Positions 1 to 12,663 are shown, numbered from the stretch's first letter. The stretch: DNA of 64,000 bases from Octopus vulgaris (GCA_951406725.2 OX597814.1:11470001-11534000); one strand, 5' to 3'. Notes: a model not told the origin generated them from the sequence alone. Program-made: numbers and translations.

Positions 1-6
1 TGTGAT

Positions 7-402
7 GTGAACTGGCAGAATCGTTATCACGCTGGGCGAAATGCGTAGCCGTATTTCGTCTGCCGTTACGTTCTGAGTTCAAATTCCGACGAAGTCGACT
101 TTGCTTGTCATCCTTTCGGGGTCAATAAATTAAGTACCAGTTACACAATGGGGTTGATATAATCGACTTAATCCGTTTGTCTGTCCTTGTTTGTCCTCTC
201 TGTGTTTAGCCCCTTGTGAGTAGTAAAGAAATAGGTATTTCGTCTGCCGCTACGTTCTGAGTTCAAATTCCGCCGAGGTCGACTTTGCCTTTGATCCTTT
301 CGGGGTCGATTAAATAAGTACCAGTTACGCACTGGGGTCGATGTAATCGACTAAATCCCTTTGTCTGTCCTTGTTTGTCCCCTGTATGTTTAACCCCCTT
401 AT
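7..402 (+). mobile_element. tRNA-derived SINE family A, dimeric (head + 2 body units)
   Basis: A-box-like TGGCAGAATCG, B-box-like GAGTTCAAATTCC, central GCCTTTCATCCTTTCGGGGTCGATAAATTAAGTACCAG (resembles the MetaSINE central domain, from memory); second unit restarts at GGTATTTCGTCTG (~234); >10 related copies in window. Confidence 0.85.
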
Positions 403-419
403 AAGGATATGTTTCTTTG

Positions 420-772
420 TGTGAGGATGCATGGTCTAGTGGTTGGGGTTTTGCACTCACGACTGCGAGATCACCACCTGTTCAGTTCCTAGAACGGGTT
501 TTCTTTGTGTTTTTGAGCAAACAACTTCATCTCACGTTGCTCTACAGTCACTTCGACATCTGACGCATGGTATACAATGAACCAGTTTAGGCAACGTCGA
601 TTTAACGGAGGGAGTCAGCTAATATTTTAATAATTTAGAATTTTTCCATAAGAATGTGTGACATAAACATTTTTGTTTCACGATAAGCAAATCATTTGTG
701 CAGATCGTTTGGCAAACGTTGATCGCTCATACGTCTTCGACGAGAGAGTCCTTCATATACATATGCTTATAT
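420..772 (+). mobile_element. tRNA-derived SINE group C, degenerate
   Basis: Head GTGAGGATGCATGGTCTAGTGGTT...CTCACGA, then TTGAGCAA..CACGTTGCTC; body and 3' end GAGAGAGTCC match the copy at 46948-47492. Confidence 0.65.
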
Positions 773-777
773 ACATA

Positions 778-950
778 GGGAGAATTCACGAAAAAACAAA
801 AGACGAAGACAGGTGTTGTAGAAAACAAACAGATGTATTAGTATAACGCTCGGGAATTGAAAAAGTCTTTAACGTTTCGAGCCTACGCTCTTCCACAGAA
901 AGGAACACAGAAAGAAACAAGGAGAGAAATAAGGAAAGAAAAAAACACAC
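778..950 (-). mobile_element. Penelope-like element terminal (pLTR-type) fragment with hammerhead-like motif
   Basis: Homologous to the 3' end (27200-27380) of the GIY-YIG element; minus strand CTTT-CTGTGGA-A-GAGC-GTAG-GCTC-GAAACGTT-AAAG at 865-903. Confidence 0.7.
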
Positions 951-1050
951 ACACTTAAATACATATATATGTGTAAGTGGTAAGTGTGTGTGTGTGTGCT
1001 TTCACTGCCATGGTTTTGTTAAGCAGCGTCGATTTTTACAATTCTGTAAA

Positions 1051-1264
1051 TAATAGTATTTTATAAGCTTAAAGCTTATAAGCGACCACCGCGCCATGAC
1101 TAAAGAAAATTGTCTAATAATGGAGCGTATACGCCCTCGAATCCCACGCACACGGAAAAACCTATTTTTTTCTGTCGAGGGCTTATATGCCCCATTATTA
1201 GACAATTTTCTTTAGTCATGGCGCGGTGGTCGCTTATAAGCTTTAAGCTTATAAAATACTATTA
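1051..1264. repeat. Fold-back element, ~90-bp inverted arms
   Basis: 1051-1140 is the reverse complement of 1175-1264 (outer ~70 bp perfect); flanked by (TG)n and (TA)n. Confidence 0.9.
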
Positions 1265-1310
1265 TATATTTATATATCTATATCTATCTATTTATATATT
1301 TATATATATC

Positions 1311-1379
<69 letters not shown>

Positions 1380-3107
1380 ATGTATGTGTGTGTGTGTGTG
1401 TGTACAATATGGAGGAAAATTTAAGGTTTCTATAGTTAAGTGTATGTTATATTTTCTATTTCTGCTTATTACACTCAGTACAGAATTGTTCTTCTCGGAT
1501 AGTATGACAAACTATTTACAGTTGACAGGAATGGAAGTCTTGAAGGATTTTTATGCTTTTGTCGGTTTTGTTTTGCTTTTGATTTTTCTTTTTTATTATT
1601 ATTTCAAATAAACTGAACTGATTTCGAACCGTGATTAAAAATCAAATTACAGATTTTGTATATGAATCCCTAATGGTGTCAGCTCACGCAGTAAAAACAA
1701 AAAAAAATGTCCGCTCAACATCTAATGGTCGATATAATCGGCTGTGCACCCCTCCTCACACACACACACCATCATATACACACATGGAATGTATGGCATT
1801 GTGAAAATGTTAAACATCGATATTAGCAGCTGTGCTCTAGCATGGCCACAGTCCAATGACTAAAAGAATGTATTAAAATAGTTTGTGGTGGTAGAGTGAT
1901 ATGGAAAAACTTTCTCTTTTTTTTTCTTTTTTTCTTTTTTTTTTTTTGACGAGGATAGGAAATTTATTTGTCATCCATGCCTATCCACAATGTGTTTAAC
2001 TTTATGCTAGGAATGAACTGGCTTTGACCAGCTTGTCTTGATCTTGATATAACTCTTGCAGGAAAATATTGAATCGTTTTTCTCAAAGAAAAGCAAAGCA
2101 CTGGTATTTCATATCTTTTTGAATGAACGCTTTCGTTGATTAAATAAAATTTACGGATGATTTTCAGCAATGTGATTCCAGCTTATCTGAGTAATCTCTC
2201 GCGGCTGTTTGGGGTTTGTTGTCATTTTGTCTTCGGTCGCATAACTAGTTAAGTGTTGTATTTTTCTACATTTTATGGTCAGTAACATAAAAGAAAGAAA
2301 TGAAGACACGTAGATTATTTATTGATTACATTATTATTATTTAAAATTTTTTTTTTTTAGTTTTGTTTTAATAATTCATTTATTTTTAATTTGTTTTTGT
2401 CTTGATTAAGCATTCGACTCTGTTATCAGTTAGTTATACTGTCTGTTTAATGAACTAATACAGAACAACTTCGCTCATTGGTACCTGCGCTCTCTAGAGA
2501 GAGAGAAAAAAAAGATGGTGGTGTTTATAGGGTACGAGGTAACAACTCACGATGATAATGGAAATAGTTCGAATCTTGTAACTGACATTGTGTTATTTCT
2601 GTAGCAAAAACAATTAAGTCATACTCATTGAGTTCAAGTAACTCTAAATAAGAGTTGAGGGGTAAGATAGTTCCACCATTCCTGCAAGTAGCGACAGCAC
2701 TATCAGATTAATGAATGATTTGATGCTTAGCTGAATCCACTTCGTCTCTGAGCTAAGGTGTTCGCAGTAGACTGATATATATATGCCATTAAACTATAAA
2801 ATAATCACCAGGAAATCCAGTTTATTTGGAAACGCGTGGACTGAAAATTTTTAATTTTGGCACGATTCCTAATATTGGAATGACTGAATTAGTTAATATA
2901 TCAACGATTATATTCACCTATACCTTAAAATGTACACTGTTCTATATTTACTTAATGATTAATTCAGGCAACATTTCGATAAGTATAGTAAAAGTTATAG
3001 TAAAAGATCAGAATAAGACTGAAACATGATTGGAAACGTCTCCCGTACTGGGTTAGAACATGAAAATATTATTACTTATTAACACTTAACTAGTCCTATG
3101 TATCACA

Positions 3108-3497
3108 TCTCCATATATATAAAGCTGAAGTTGTCTGTGTATGGCAGGTTTGGTAGCCTTCAACTAACACTATCTCCTCCGAGACCCTGCGGCGCAAGTT
3201 GACTAAAATTGAGAGTATGATAGAAGGGTTGTTCTTCCTTCCGTAGAAGAAAAAAATTCAAATCAGACCATGTTAACACCAAAAATTATTTACATCAGAA
3301 AAGTGCTTTTTTTCTATGAAGATCCCTATTTTTTACAATTTTTTTACTGCTGTGTCGTAATTTTTCGATGTATTTCAACCAGAAGAATGTTCACTTAAAG
3401 AGAATAACAAGCTACAAAATGCAAATTTTTTACTTTTCAAAAATTCCAAGTCTAAAGGGTCGAAACAAACCCGGGCAACGCCGCCCGATACTGCTAG
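3108..3497 (+). mobile_element. Non-autonomous Helitron-type element
   Basis: 3' end AAACCCGGGCAACGCCGCCCGATACTGCTAG|T (GC-rich hairpin + CTAG) shared with copies at 7283, 14058, 28488. Confidence 0.7.
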
Positions 3498-4329
3498 TAT
3501 GATACAAATAACATATTTTCCCTGGCATCCATATATCATATATGATACACTTTTTCAACTACCACCAGAGCAAGACTTATAAAAGCAAAGCTTTATGCTA
3601 CCCTAATCCTAACCCTAATTAAAAGAAAGCAAGCATGGACGTTTATGACAAACTTATGAAAAGGCTTTGGACAGAGGAAGAGTTAACATATTTTCTTCAC
3701 CACATAATTCTGGATTTCCACAATCCTTTAATCGTGTTTCCACTCATTTACTTAATGATGCCTATGTTATCATATTGTTTCAAATATTGTTATAGATCTA
3801 AGGGTTAAAAAAATACAGTATTCTATTGAGTATACCATCAATAGAAGTGTTATATTAATATATGTTGATTTTCTGAATTTTCAAACAGTTCTCCACTTCA
3901 GTTAGTAACCTGCAACCAATTCGGAATACTTTAAGCACGTGCATACACACATGCACACACATACACTCACATACACACACACACACATACAGTTACATAG
4001 ACACACACATATAAATACACACAAATACACATACATACACACACACGTAGACGTATATATGTATGTGAGTTTGTGTATGATTCATATAAATATACATACA
4101 AGCATCCATGCATATATGCATGTGTGTGTGAGTGTGTGTGTGCGTGCGAGCGAATATACACACGTTTATAAATACATGCATGCATGTGTACATATAGAGA
4201 GGTGTAAGTGCGTGCGTGGGTGCGCGTGTGGGCGTAACTGTGTGTTCGTGTGTGTTACAGTTCTGTTCGCTGTTTCATATCTCGTGTGATCTCCAGGCGA
4301 CGACGGAATAAATAATTTCTCTTATATTC

Positions 4330-4386
4330 TTACACGCTCACACAAACACACACATAAACACGCACACAAGCACACACACACGCACA

Positions 4387-4432
<46 letters not shown>

Positions 4433-4675
4433 AACACACACTCACACACACATTCACACACACATACACACAAACACGTACACACATTCACACACACACA
4501 CACACACACATAAACACGCACACAAACACACACACACAAACACATTCACACACACATACACACAAACACGTACACACATTCACACACACACACAAACACA
4601 CACTCACACACACATTCACACACACATACAAACACACGCACACAAACACACACACACATAAACACGCACACAAGC

Positions 4676-4717
<42 letters not shown>

Positions 4718-4765
4718 GCACACACACACACACACATTCACTCACACACTCACGTATACACACAC
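4330..4765. repeat. Degenerate (CA)n microsatellite with higher-order blocks
   Basis: Direct reading; source of several spurious Cys/Val ORFs. Confidence 0.95.
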
Positions 4766-5149
4766 GGGATATATATGCTGGCGTAGGCGCACATATAGAA
4801 AGACAGAAAGAAGAAAGAGTCGGTTGAATGAAAGGCTGGATGGATAATCTACATATAAATGTGTTAGTTTACACACAGCACATATCCGTCTATTTATTGA
4901 GGTGACAACCTCTAATCAAAAGCTACGTCGGTTCCATAATCAATGATCCAATCGTTGTATACATGAATGTATTTCGATCGAACAGCAATTTCCTTAAGAG
5001 AGAGACACAAATCTGAAAGAAAGAAAGAAAGAAGACAGGAAAAAGTAAAGGAAAATATGTAATATCGAATGGTAATAACAGTTTTTGACACTTTTGAATA
5101 CTGGACATCAAGCTTCTGAATTAAGCAACATCAAAAATATGAGAACCAG

Positions 5150-5270
5150 TAGGCGTTAGCGTGGCTGTGTGGTAAGAGATTTGCTTCCCAACAACATAAT
5201 ATCGGGGTTCAGTCCCACTGCGTGGAATCCTGAGCAAGAGTCTTTTACTGTAGTTTCGAGCCGACTAAAG
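5150..5270 (+). mobile_element. SINE family B 5' fragment
   Basis: GTGGCTGTGTGGTAAG...GGTTCAGTCCCACTGCGTGG matches the head of 6829-7240. Confidence 0.75.
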
Positions 5271-5620
5271 CTATATATATATATAGGCCTAGTATTGATG
5301 AGTCGTGTCCTGTCTTGCCTTCGAAACACGCTAAGTCTGCTAGCGACAGCTGATGAAGGGGATTTTTCGTTGTGTAGTATATCCTGTACCTTGTTTTTCT
5401 GTTGTAAATAATGTATTTCCCGTTTTCGTTCTCGTTCTATTCCACGTCTCTGTCTTTCTGTTGTAACAAAATGGCTTTTCCGTTTTCGTTTCTGTTGAGT
5501 TTTACGTCTTTTTGTGGTGTCCTGTGCGTATATATATTTATATATGCATGTATATATACATGTAGATGTCGGTACGTACATATATGTTTGTATGTATGCA
5601 TATATTTTATTTATTACACG

Positions 5621-5718
<98 letters not shown>

Positions 5719-6427
5719 ATGTATGTATGTATGTATGTATGTATGTATGTATGTATGTATAAAAATACAAACTGGGACAAGAACGGAAAACATTTAGGAG
5801 ACGATACAAAAAACACGGACGGGACACATTCGAAGCCTTCAATCTTCAGTCAAGAACCGGATCATCCTCGCAATTTCGGCTAATTAATCTTGAGATTGCT
5901 CCAATCTGGCCAGCCCCAAGGAAAAACTAAGCTAGGCGCATTAGATTCCTTCGAAGAAGGCTTCGAATGTATACGAAACAAGGACGGAAAAACGGACGAT
6001 GTTACACGAATATGAATACAGAAATAATACGTAAAAACAATAATAATAATACGTAGAAACAATAATAATAATAAAATAACAATAACAGGACGTCACGAAC
6101 AGGCGTCTTTCGACTGGACGCATTAATTCATCTGGCGTGTTAGGAAAATGCCTTAGGGCAGAGAGAAAAAAAGTAGATGTTACCGCTACGACTGCTAGAC
6201 CCCATAGTCAGTAGTTCATATACCCAAGAAAGAAGGTTGTACGTTATGGCCGTTCAGAGAATGCCCATTAATTTCTCACCTATAAGGTACTTAGCTGTAT
6301 TATTGTCTATACAACGAAACTAATGGCCACCCTCTGAATAGTCATAACGTACAACCTTCTTTCTCGGGTATATGAACTACTGACTATATATTGACACACA
6401 CACACACACACACATATATATATGTAT

Positions 6428-6460
<33 letters not shown>

Positions 6461-6462
6461 TA

Positions 6463-6800
6463 TGGTGGAACTCCGTCGGTTACGATGACGAGGATTCCAG
6501 TTGATCCGATCAACGGAACTCGTGAAATTAACGTGTAAGTGGCTGAGCACTCCACAGATACGTATACCCTTAACGTAGTTCTCGAGGAGATTCAGTATGA
6601 CATGGGCTGGCCTTGAAATACAGGTACAACAGAAACAGGAAGAATGAGTGAGAGAAATTGTGGTGAAAGAGTACAGAAGCGTTCGCCACCACTTCGTGAA
6701 GCTTTAGGTGTTTTCACTCAAAAGAGCACTCACAACCCGGTCTGGGAATCGAAACCACGATCCCATGACCGCAAGTCCGCTGCCCTAACCACTGGGCCAT
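6463..6800 (-). mobile_element. tRNA-derived SINE group C
   Basis: Minus-strand head TGGCCCAGTGGTTAGGGCAGCGGACTTGCGG...GGTTTCGATTCCCAGACCGGG nearly identical to 27839 copy; 3' half shared with 17815-18110. Confidence 0.8.
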
Positions 6801-6828
6801 ACACACACACACACACATACTTTTATAT

Positions 6829-7240
6829 AGGCGCAGGAGTGGCTGTGTGGTAAGTAGCTTGCTAACCAACCACATGGTTCCAGGTTCAGTCCCACTGCGT
6901 GGCATCTTGGGCAAGTGTCTTCTGCTATAGCCCCGGGCCGACCAATGCCTTGTGAGTGGATTTGGTAGACGGAAACTGAAAGAAGCCTGTCGTATATATG
7001 TATATATAAGTGTGTGTGTGTATGTGTTTGTGTGTCTGTGTTTGTCCCCCTAGCATTGCTTGACAACCGGTGCTGGTGTGTTTGCGTCCCCGTCACTTAG
7101 CGGTTCGGCAAAAGAGACCGATAGAATAAGTACTGGGCTTACAAAAGAATAAGTCCCGGGGTCGAGTTGCTCGACTAAAGGCGGTGCTCCAGCATGGCCG
7201 CAGTCAAATGACTGAAACAAGTAAAAGAAAGAAAGAAAAA
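6829..7240 (+). mobile_element. SINE family B, full length (tRNA head, CORE-like segment, internal TA/TG tract, CR1-like tail)
   Basis: GGCGCAGGAGTGGCTGTGTGGTAAG (A box), GGTTCAGTCCC (B box), CTTGGGCAAGT, tail GGCGGTGCTCCAGCATGGCCGCAGTC...GAAACAAGTAAAAGA; near-identical copy at 21757-22180. Confidence 0.9.
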
Positions 7241-7241
7241 A

Positions 7242-7282
<41 letters not shown>

Positions 7283-7284
<2 letters not shown>

Positions 7285-7666
7285 TCTCTATATATAAACG
7301 GCAGTTTGTCTGTGCGTGTTTCTGTGTGTCTGTTTGCTTGTACCCTCACCCTGACCACGGCTTTCAACCGATTCTGATGAAACTTGACACACACATAGCC
7401 CAATGTCATAATTCAAAACTAACGCAGCCAAAATTTTGAAAAGTTCCCCCAGTTCTGAAAAAAATCGATAAATTCGACATGGGGTCCAGAATCAGAAACA
7501 CGAACCACAAGCTGTCTAGGGGACGCAACTCCATCCTTTTTTAACTCTCAAAAAAAATTTACCATAATTTTTTTCCATTTTTTTGCTATTTTTTGGCTAT
7601 AACTCTCTAAAAATGCTTTATAGTTATTTCCCTTACAAACCTGAGCAACGCCGGGCGATACTGCTA

Positions 7667-7667
<1 letters not shown>
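7283..7667 (+). mobile_element. Non-autonomous Helitron-type element
   Basis: 5' TC..TATATATAAA, 3' CCTGAGCAACGCCGGGCGATACTGCTAG|T; sits between (TA)n tracts. Confidence 0.75.
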
Positions 7668-7752
<85 letters not shown>

Positions 7753-7760
7753 CTTTAATT

Positions 7761-7806
<46 letters not shown>

Positions 7807-9015
7807 AATTAAAGTTTCGCAGGATTTTAACAGAAATCCGTCTTAGGTTATCGAATGGTGGAACACAAGAAATTCAAGATGGCTACTGGAATCTTGCACT
7901 TCCAGTAGCCATCTTTGACTCCCTCTGTTTCTCCGTTTGGTAACTTTGGCCTGAATGAGATGGATTTCTGTTAGAATGGAGCCGAATCAAATTGGCTTAA
8001 ATAACAATACATGTAACTCCTACTTAATTTGTGAAGTGCCTTTTTCTTTCACTTGTCCACTCACCCGTGTGTGTGCATGTGTGTGTGATGTGTGTGCGTG
8101 CGCATGTATGTATACATAGAGTGTTACCGATAAAAAATATTTAAGTGGCTGCATTATATGTATATTACTTTGCTCTGTTATTAGATCTCTACAGTAAGGA
8201 GGATATTTGGTCTTTGCTCTGCTACCACTTTGTACACATCTATAGATCGGAAGTTCTTTTTTAATTAATTCCGATGCTTGATCACTATTTTATTTTATTA
8301 TTCCTGTAGCGAAAAGTGCTTTACAGTGGAACCCGGATGGATATAGAAAGAAAGGTAGGCCTAAGAACTCGAGGCGTAGATCAACACAAAGGGAACTAGA
8401 GAAAGGGGGACATTCATGGCAGAGTATAAGTACAGAAACAAAAAATTACGCGTCATGGAATTCAGTTATAAGTGGCCTATACTCCGCGTTGGAGGGTTAA
8501 AGGCAGAAAAAAAAAAAAGATGGAAGGTGAAGTTGTTCTTCGTAGAATTTGAACTTAGAATACAAAGAATTGGAACAAATGACGATGCTGTAACGATTCT
8601 GCTAGTCCATCAGCACCAAAAGTAAATAAACAAAATCGCGAATTAATATTACATATGAGTAAATAATCAAAGAACATTTCCTATTTAATCGCAAATACCA
8701 GAAATATTGGCTTTCCATAAATTATAGTTCGATAGACCGATTATCTCAGAATAAGGATAATTGAGTGTGTTTTCTGATTTGCTTAAACGGACGTAAATTG
8801 GACTTATGGAATATATATACATATATATACATATATTTAATGATATAAAAGCTCTGATGGTAATGTTTTGTCTTCCATAAGCATTGAACTGATTGTGGAA
8901 TGACGACCATTTTATGCTCCTTTATTATCATTTCTAAAATATGACATCAAACCATCGAAATTTTACGTTTCATTAAATATTCCTATTATTTTCATTGATT
9001 GACTTCTAGATTAAC

Positions 9016-9017
<2 letters not shown>

Positions 9018-9046
<29 letters not shown>

Positions 9047-9150
9047 CTTCTTCTTCTTCTTCTTCTTCTTCTTCTTCTTCTTCTTCTTCTTCTTCTTCTT
9101 CTTCTTCTTCTCCTTCTTCTTCTTCTCCTCCTCCTCCTCCTCCTCCTCCT
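9018..9150. repeat. (TTC)n-(TCC)n microsatellite
   Basis: Direct reading. Confidence 0.95.
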
Positions 9151-9596
9151 TACATGATTGTATAACGAAATGAGAATGGACTATATCACTACTTAATCGT
9201 CTGAGTATTTAAATTTCATCCGTTATACGGTTTAACTCTATTAGTTGATCCTTGTGCACCTTTAGCAGAGTGTACTTTGTTGTGTAGCATTGTTGTGAAA
9301 TATACATTCAGGCCAGGTATCCGCTCCATAGCTAACCTTTTCTTTAATCCAGCGTCATTTGGTGACCCAGAAAAAGGTAATGAGGGCTATCCTTTTTCCC
9401 TTTTAGCTAATACAAAACAAAATGGAGAAGAAATTTAAGAGCAAAGTACTTTCTTTGTGTAAGAGACTATAACTTAATTTGCTCTCACCACTGCAAACTA
9501 TTAAAGCAACAACTAATTATACACTAATTTCAAGGCAATTGATAACAGAATCGATAAAAAGATGGACAAAATGCTTTCTAATATATAATGATACTT

Positions 9597-10440
9597 AAGG
9601 CGGTGAGCTGGCAGAATCGTTAGCACGCCGAACGAAATGCTTAGCGGTATTTCGTCTGCCGCTACGTTCTGAGTTCAAATTCCGCCGAGCTCGACTTTGC
9701 CTTTCATCCTTTCGGGGTCGATTAAATAAGTACCAGTTATGCACTGGGGTCGATATAATCGACTTAATCCGTTTGTCTGTCCTTGTTTGTCTTCTCTGTG
9801 CTTAGCCCCTTGTGGGTAGTAAAGAAATAGGTATTTCGTCTGCCTTTAGGTTCTAAGTTCAAATTCCGCTGAGGTTGACTTTGCCTTTCATCCTTTCGGG
9901 GTCGATAAATTAAGTACCAGTTGCGTACTGATGTCGATCTAATCGACTGGCCCCCTTCCCAGAATTTTCGGGCCTTTTGCCTAGAGTAGAAAAGAATATA
10001 CAACGATACTTAAGGCGGCGAGCTGGCAGAATCATTAGCGCGCCAGGGAAAATGATTAGTGGTATTCTGTCTGTCTTTACGTTCCGAGTTCAAATTCCGT
10101 CATATTTTTAAGGTCGATGAATAAATACTAATTAAGTACTAGGATCGATGTAATCGACTTACCCCCTTCCCGAAATTGCTGACCTTGTGCCAAAATTTGA
10201 AACTAAAACTAAGTGATACCAAGGCGGCGAGCTGGCAGAATCGTTAGCGCGCCGGGCAAAATGCTTAGCGGGATTTCGTTCATCTCCACGTTCTGAGTTC
10301 AAATTCCCACAAGGTTGACTTTGCCGTTGCTCCTTTCGGGGCCGATAAAATAAGTACCAGTTGAGTATATTAGGGTGGATGTAATCGACTTAACCCCCTC
10401 CCCTGAAACTGCTGGCCTTGTGCCAAAAATTGAAACTAAT
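9597..10440 (+). mobile_element. Chain of SINE family A copies (dimer 9597-9997, monomers ~10012-10205 and ~10221-10440)
   Basis: Three AAGGCGG(C/T)GAGCTGGCAGAATC heads in tandem. Confidence 0.9.
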
Positions 10441-11664
10441 ATTTAGTGGAGTTTTTTTTTCTGCAGACAGATTTTGAATAAATATTACATCTCGTAGCTT
10501 GCATTTGGACTTAGCTTAATTCAGAAGTAGTTGTTTAGTCTTGAAACCAGCCTTAATTGAGTAGATCTTTGATCAAAGATGATTCTGTCTTCCCCATGCC
10601 GTCTGACACAGTGCACTAAAGACCACATGATCAAATGTGCACTTCTTTTCTAAGACAATGCAGTGTGATTTGATAAATATTTGACTGTTATTTGAAGCGT
10701 ATAAGTTGAGCCAATATCTTTAGCCTATTCGATTCAGAAGCTTTGTGTGTATAAACTGAGCTTTAATAAGAAATCTTTTTCTCTTTTTATTTAATTTTAT
10801 TTAGCTTATTCTTCTGCTGCTCTGTGGACACAGAGGAAAAATTCATAATCAAATTATATTAATTATAATTATATTCCTAATAATTATAATTATTGATTAT
10901 AATTATCACAAGTTGATAGTGCACTATCGCTAAAAATATAGTTTTCCCAACGGGCATCGCCCTACAAAAGTTGAACATCAACCGCATCGATTTCACTGAT
11001 CTGGGAGAGTCTTCAAAAAGTTATGGGGACCGCATTCCTTTCTCTTCTTTCTACTCCTTCTCCCCACCTCCATCTCCCCAGTTCCTCTTCTGTGTCCTTC
11101 TCATTCTAAATAATTAACCACTTCGCTATGCCCGAACAAACTATAAAACCAATTTACAATAACAGAAATAAACTGTCGAAACGAGAGTGAATAAATATAA
11201 TCAGCAGAAATAGCTGCTACACTTGTCGTTGTTTACACCCTCTCATAGGGCAGACCTATGATCAAAAGTATTCCAGTCGTGACCATCCTATCTGGTTTTA
11301 TATACAAGAGTCTAGAACTACGTTCTCCCATTTCTGTGTCTTTCCGTCTTTTCAGTTAATAGATTATGATCTGAATTTTTGGACGCTATATCGAGCAGAT
11401 CAAGCTACCACGTAGAGATCACATATCAGCTTAACTTAGTAATACGATGCATGTACGTGAGGAATAGTGTTAGTGGCTGTAAACAGCTTGTAAACAGTGG
11501 CTTGTAAACAGATCGTTACGAACAACTAAAAGTTTCCAAAGTAGACATTGTTACATCTAATTTTTACTAATCAGTCAACACAAGCACATCTTTCTGAGAC
11601 AAAGGTAAGTACACACGGAATATATAACGTATAATTATTCGTTACAAATTTTGGCAAAATTTCA

Positions 11665-11828
11665 GAGTTAGGTCGCCAGTATTCAACTGGTACTTGTTTT
11701 TATCGACTTCCTAAAAGATGAAAGATAAAATCGACCTTGCCGGAATTCGAACTCAGAATGTAAAGATGGACGAAATACCACTAAGCCTTTTACCTCGCAT
11801 GTTAACGATTCTGCCAACTCGCCACCTT
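11665..11828 (-). mobile_element. SINE family A, degenerate
   Basis: Reverse complement of AAGGTGGCGAGTTGGCAGAATCGTTAAC...TTCTGAGTTCGAATTCCGGCAAGGTCGA. Confidence 0.8.
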
Positions 11829-11842
11829 ATAATTATGTATAA

Positions 11843-12217
11843 CTAGACTACCCGTAATCTGTTGGGTCACTGGGAAACTCTGTGTTTCCCAGCAACGGGG
11901 TTATGTTTCGTGTTTTTTCTTTTCCAGGTTATTTTGCATGCTTTCAACGAATGTGACATTGAAAGGTTAGAGTTTCTTCCCTTTCAAGATGAAGTAAAAT
12001 TCGGAACAATTTCCCATTATGCACCGTTTTGGGTATTTATATCTCCAAAGCTCAAATATCTCAATAACTACTGCTCCGATTTACCCGAAACTTGTTTCAT
12101 TTCCTTCGTATTAACATTTCAAGGTAAAGTTAATTCATAGTATTTTACTCCAGTTTGGCTGGGTAACATTGCAAGCAAACAAGCAAGATTTAAACTGACT
12201 TTTAATGTATTATAGAT
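11843..12217 (-). mobile_element. Probable Helitron-type non-autonomous element (second family)
   Basis: Minus strand begins ATCTATAATAC and ends GACCCAACAGATTACGGGTAGTCTAG|T (hairpin + CTAG). Confidence 0.45.
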
Positions 12218-12663
12218 TATTGACTACAACATTATTTTCGATATATTATTTGTGAGCAAATTCAATTCAGCCGAGGACCTCGCTGCATTTTATCCTCTCG
12301 GGTCAATGAAATAACACCAGTCAAGTAGTGGGGTGGATTAAATCGAATAGCTTCCTTCCACAGAATTTCAGGTTTTGTGCCTATAGTAGAAAGAATTGTC
12401 TGCGAGCAAATTAATTACATTATATACATTACTTCCTTTTGTGCGTTGGCTGCAAAACTTGAATGCGCGCACACAGTTTGACTTGAAATCTCACCCAGTC
12501 AAATTGACCAAAGGCAAACTTTAGTTCTGTTAAATGTAATTTGTGAATTTCAAAATTTCAATTTAGTTTTTCCTTTTTGTTTCCCTCCATATTCTATTTT
12601 CCTTTTCTTTTTTTTTTCTACTATTAGAAGAGTTTATAATTCTTCAAAATATATTCTTTATTT

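Noticed and set aside
3598-3618. Telomere-like CCCTAA repeats
   Set aside because: Only about three imperfect units
5843-5885. Hammerhead on minus strand (GAAA...CTGAAGA)
   Set aside because: Stems I and II cannot be formed in the correct register
8840-8945. Possible spliced exon on minus strand (acceptor-like ATTTTAG)
   Set aside because: No recognisable product, donor or partner exon
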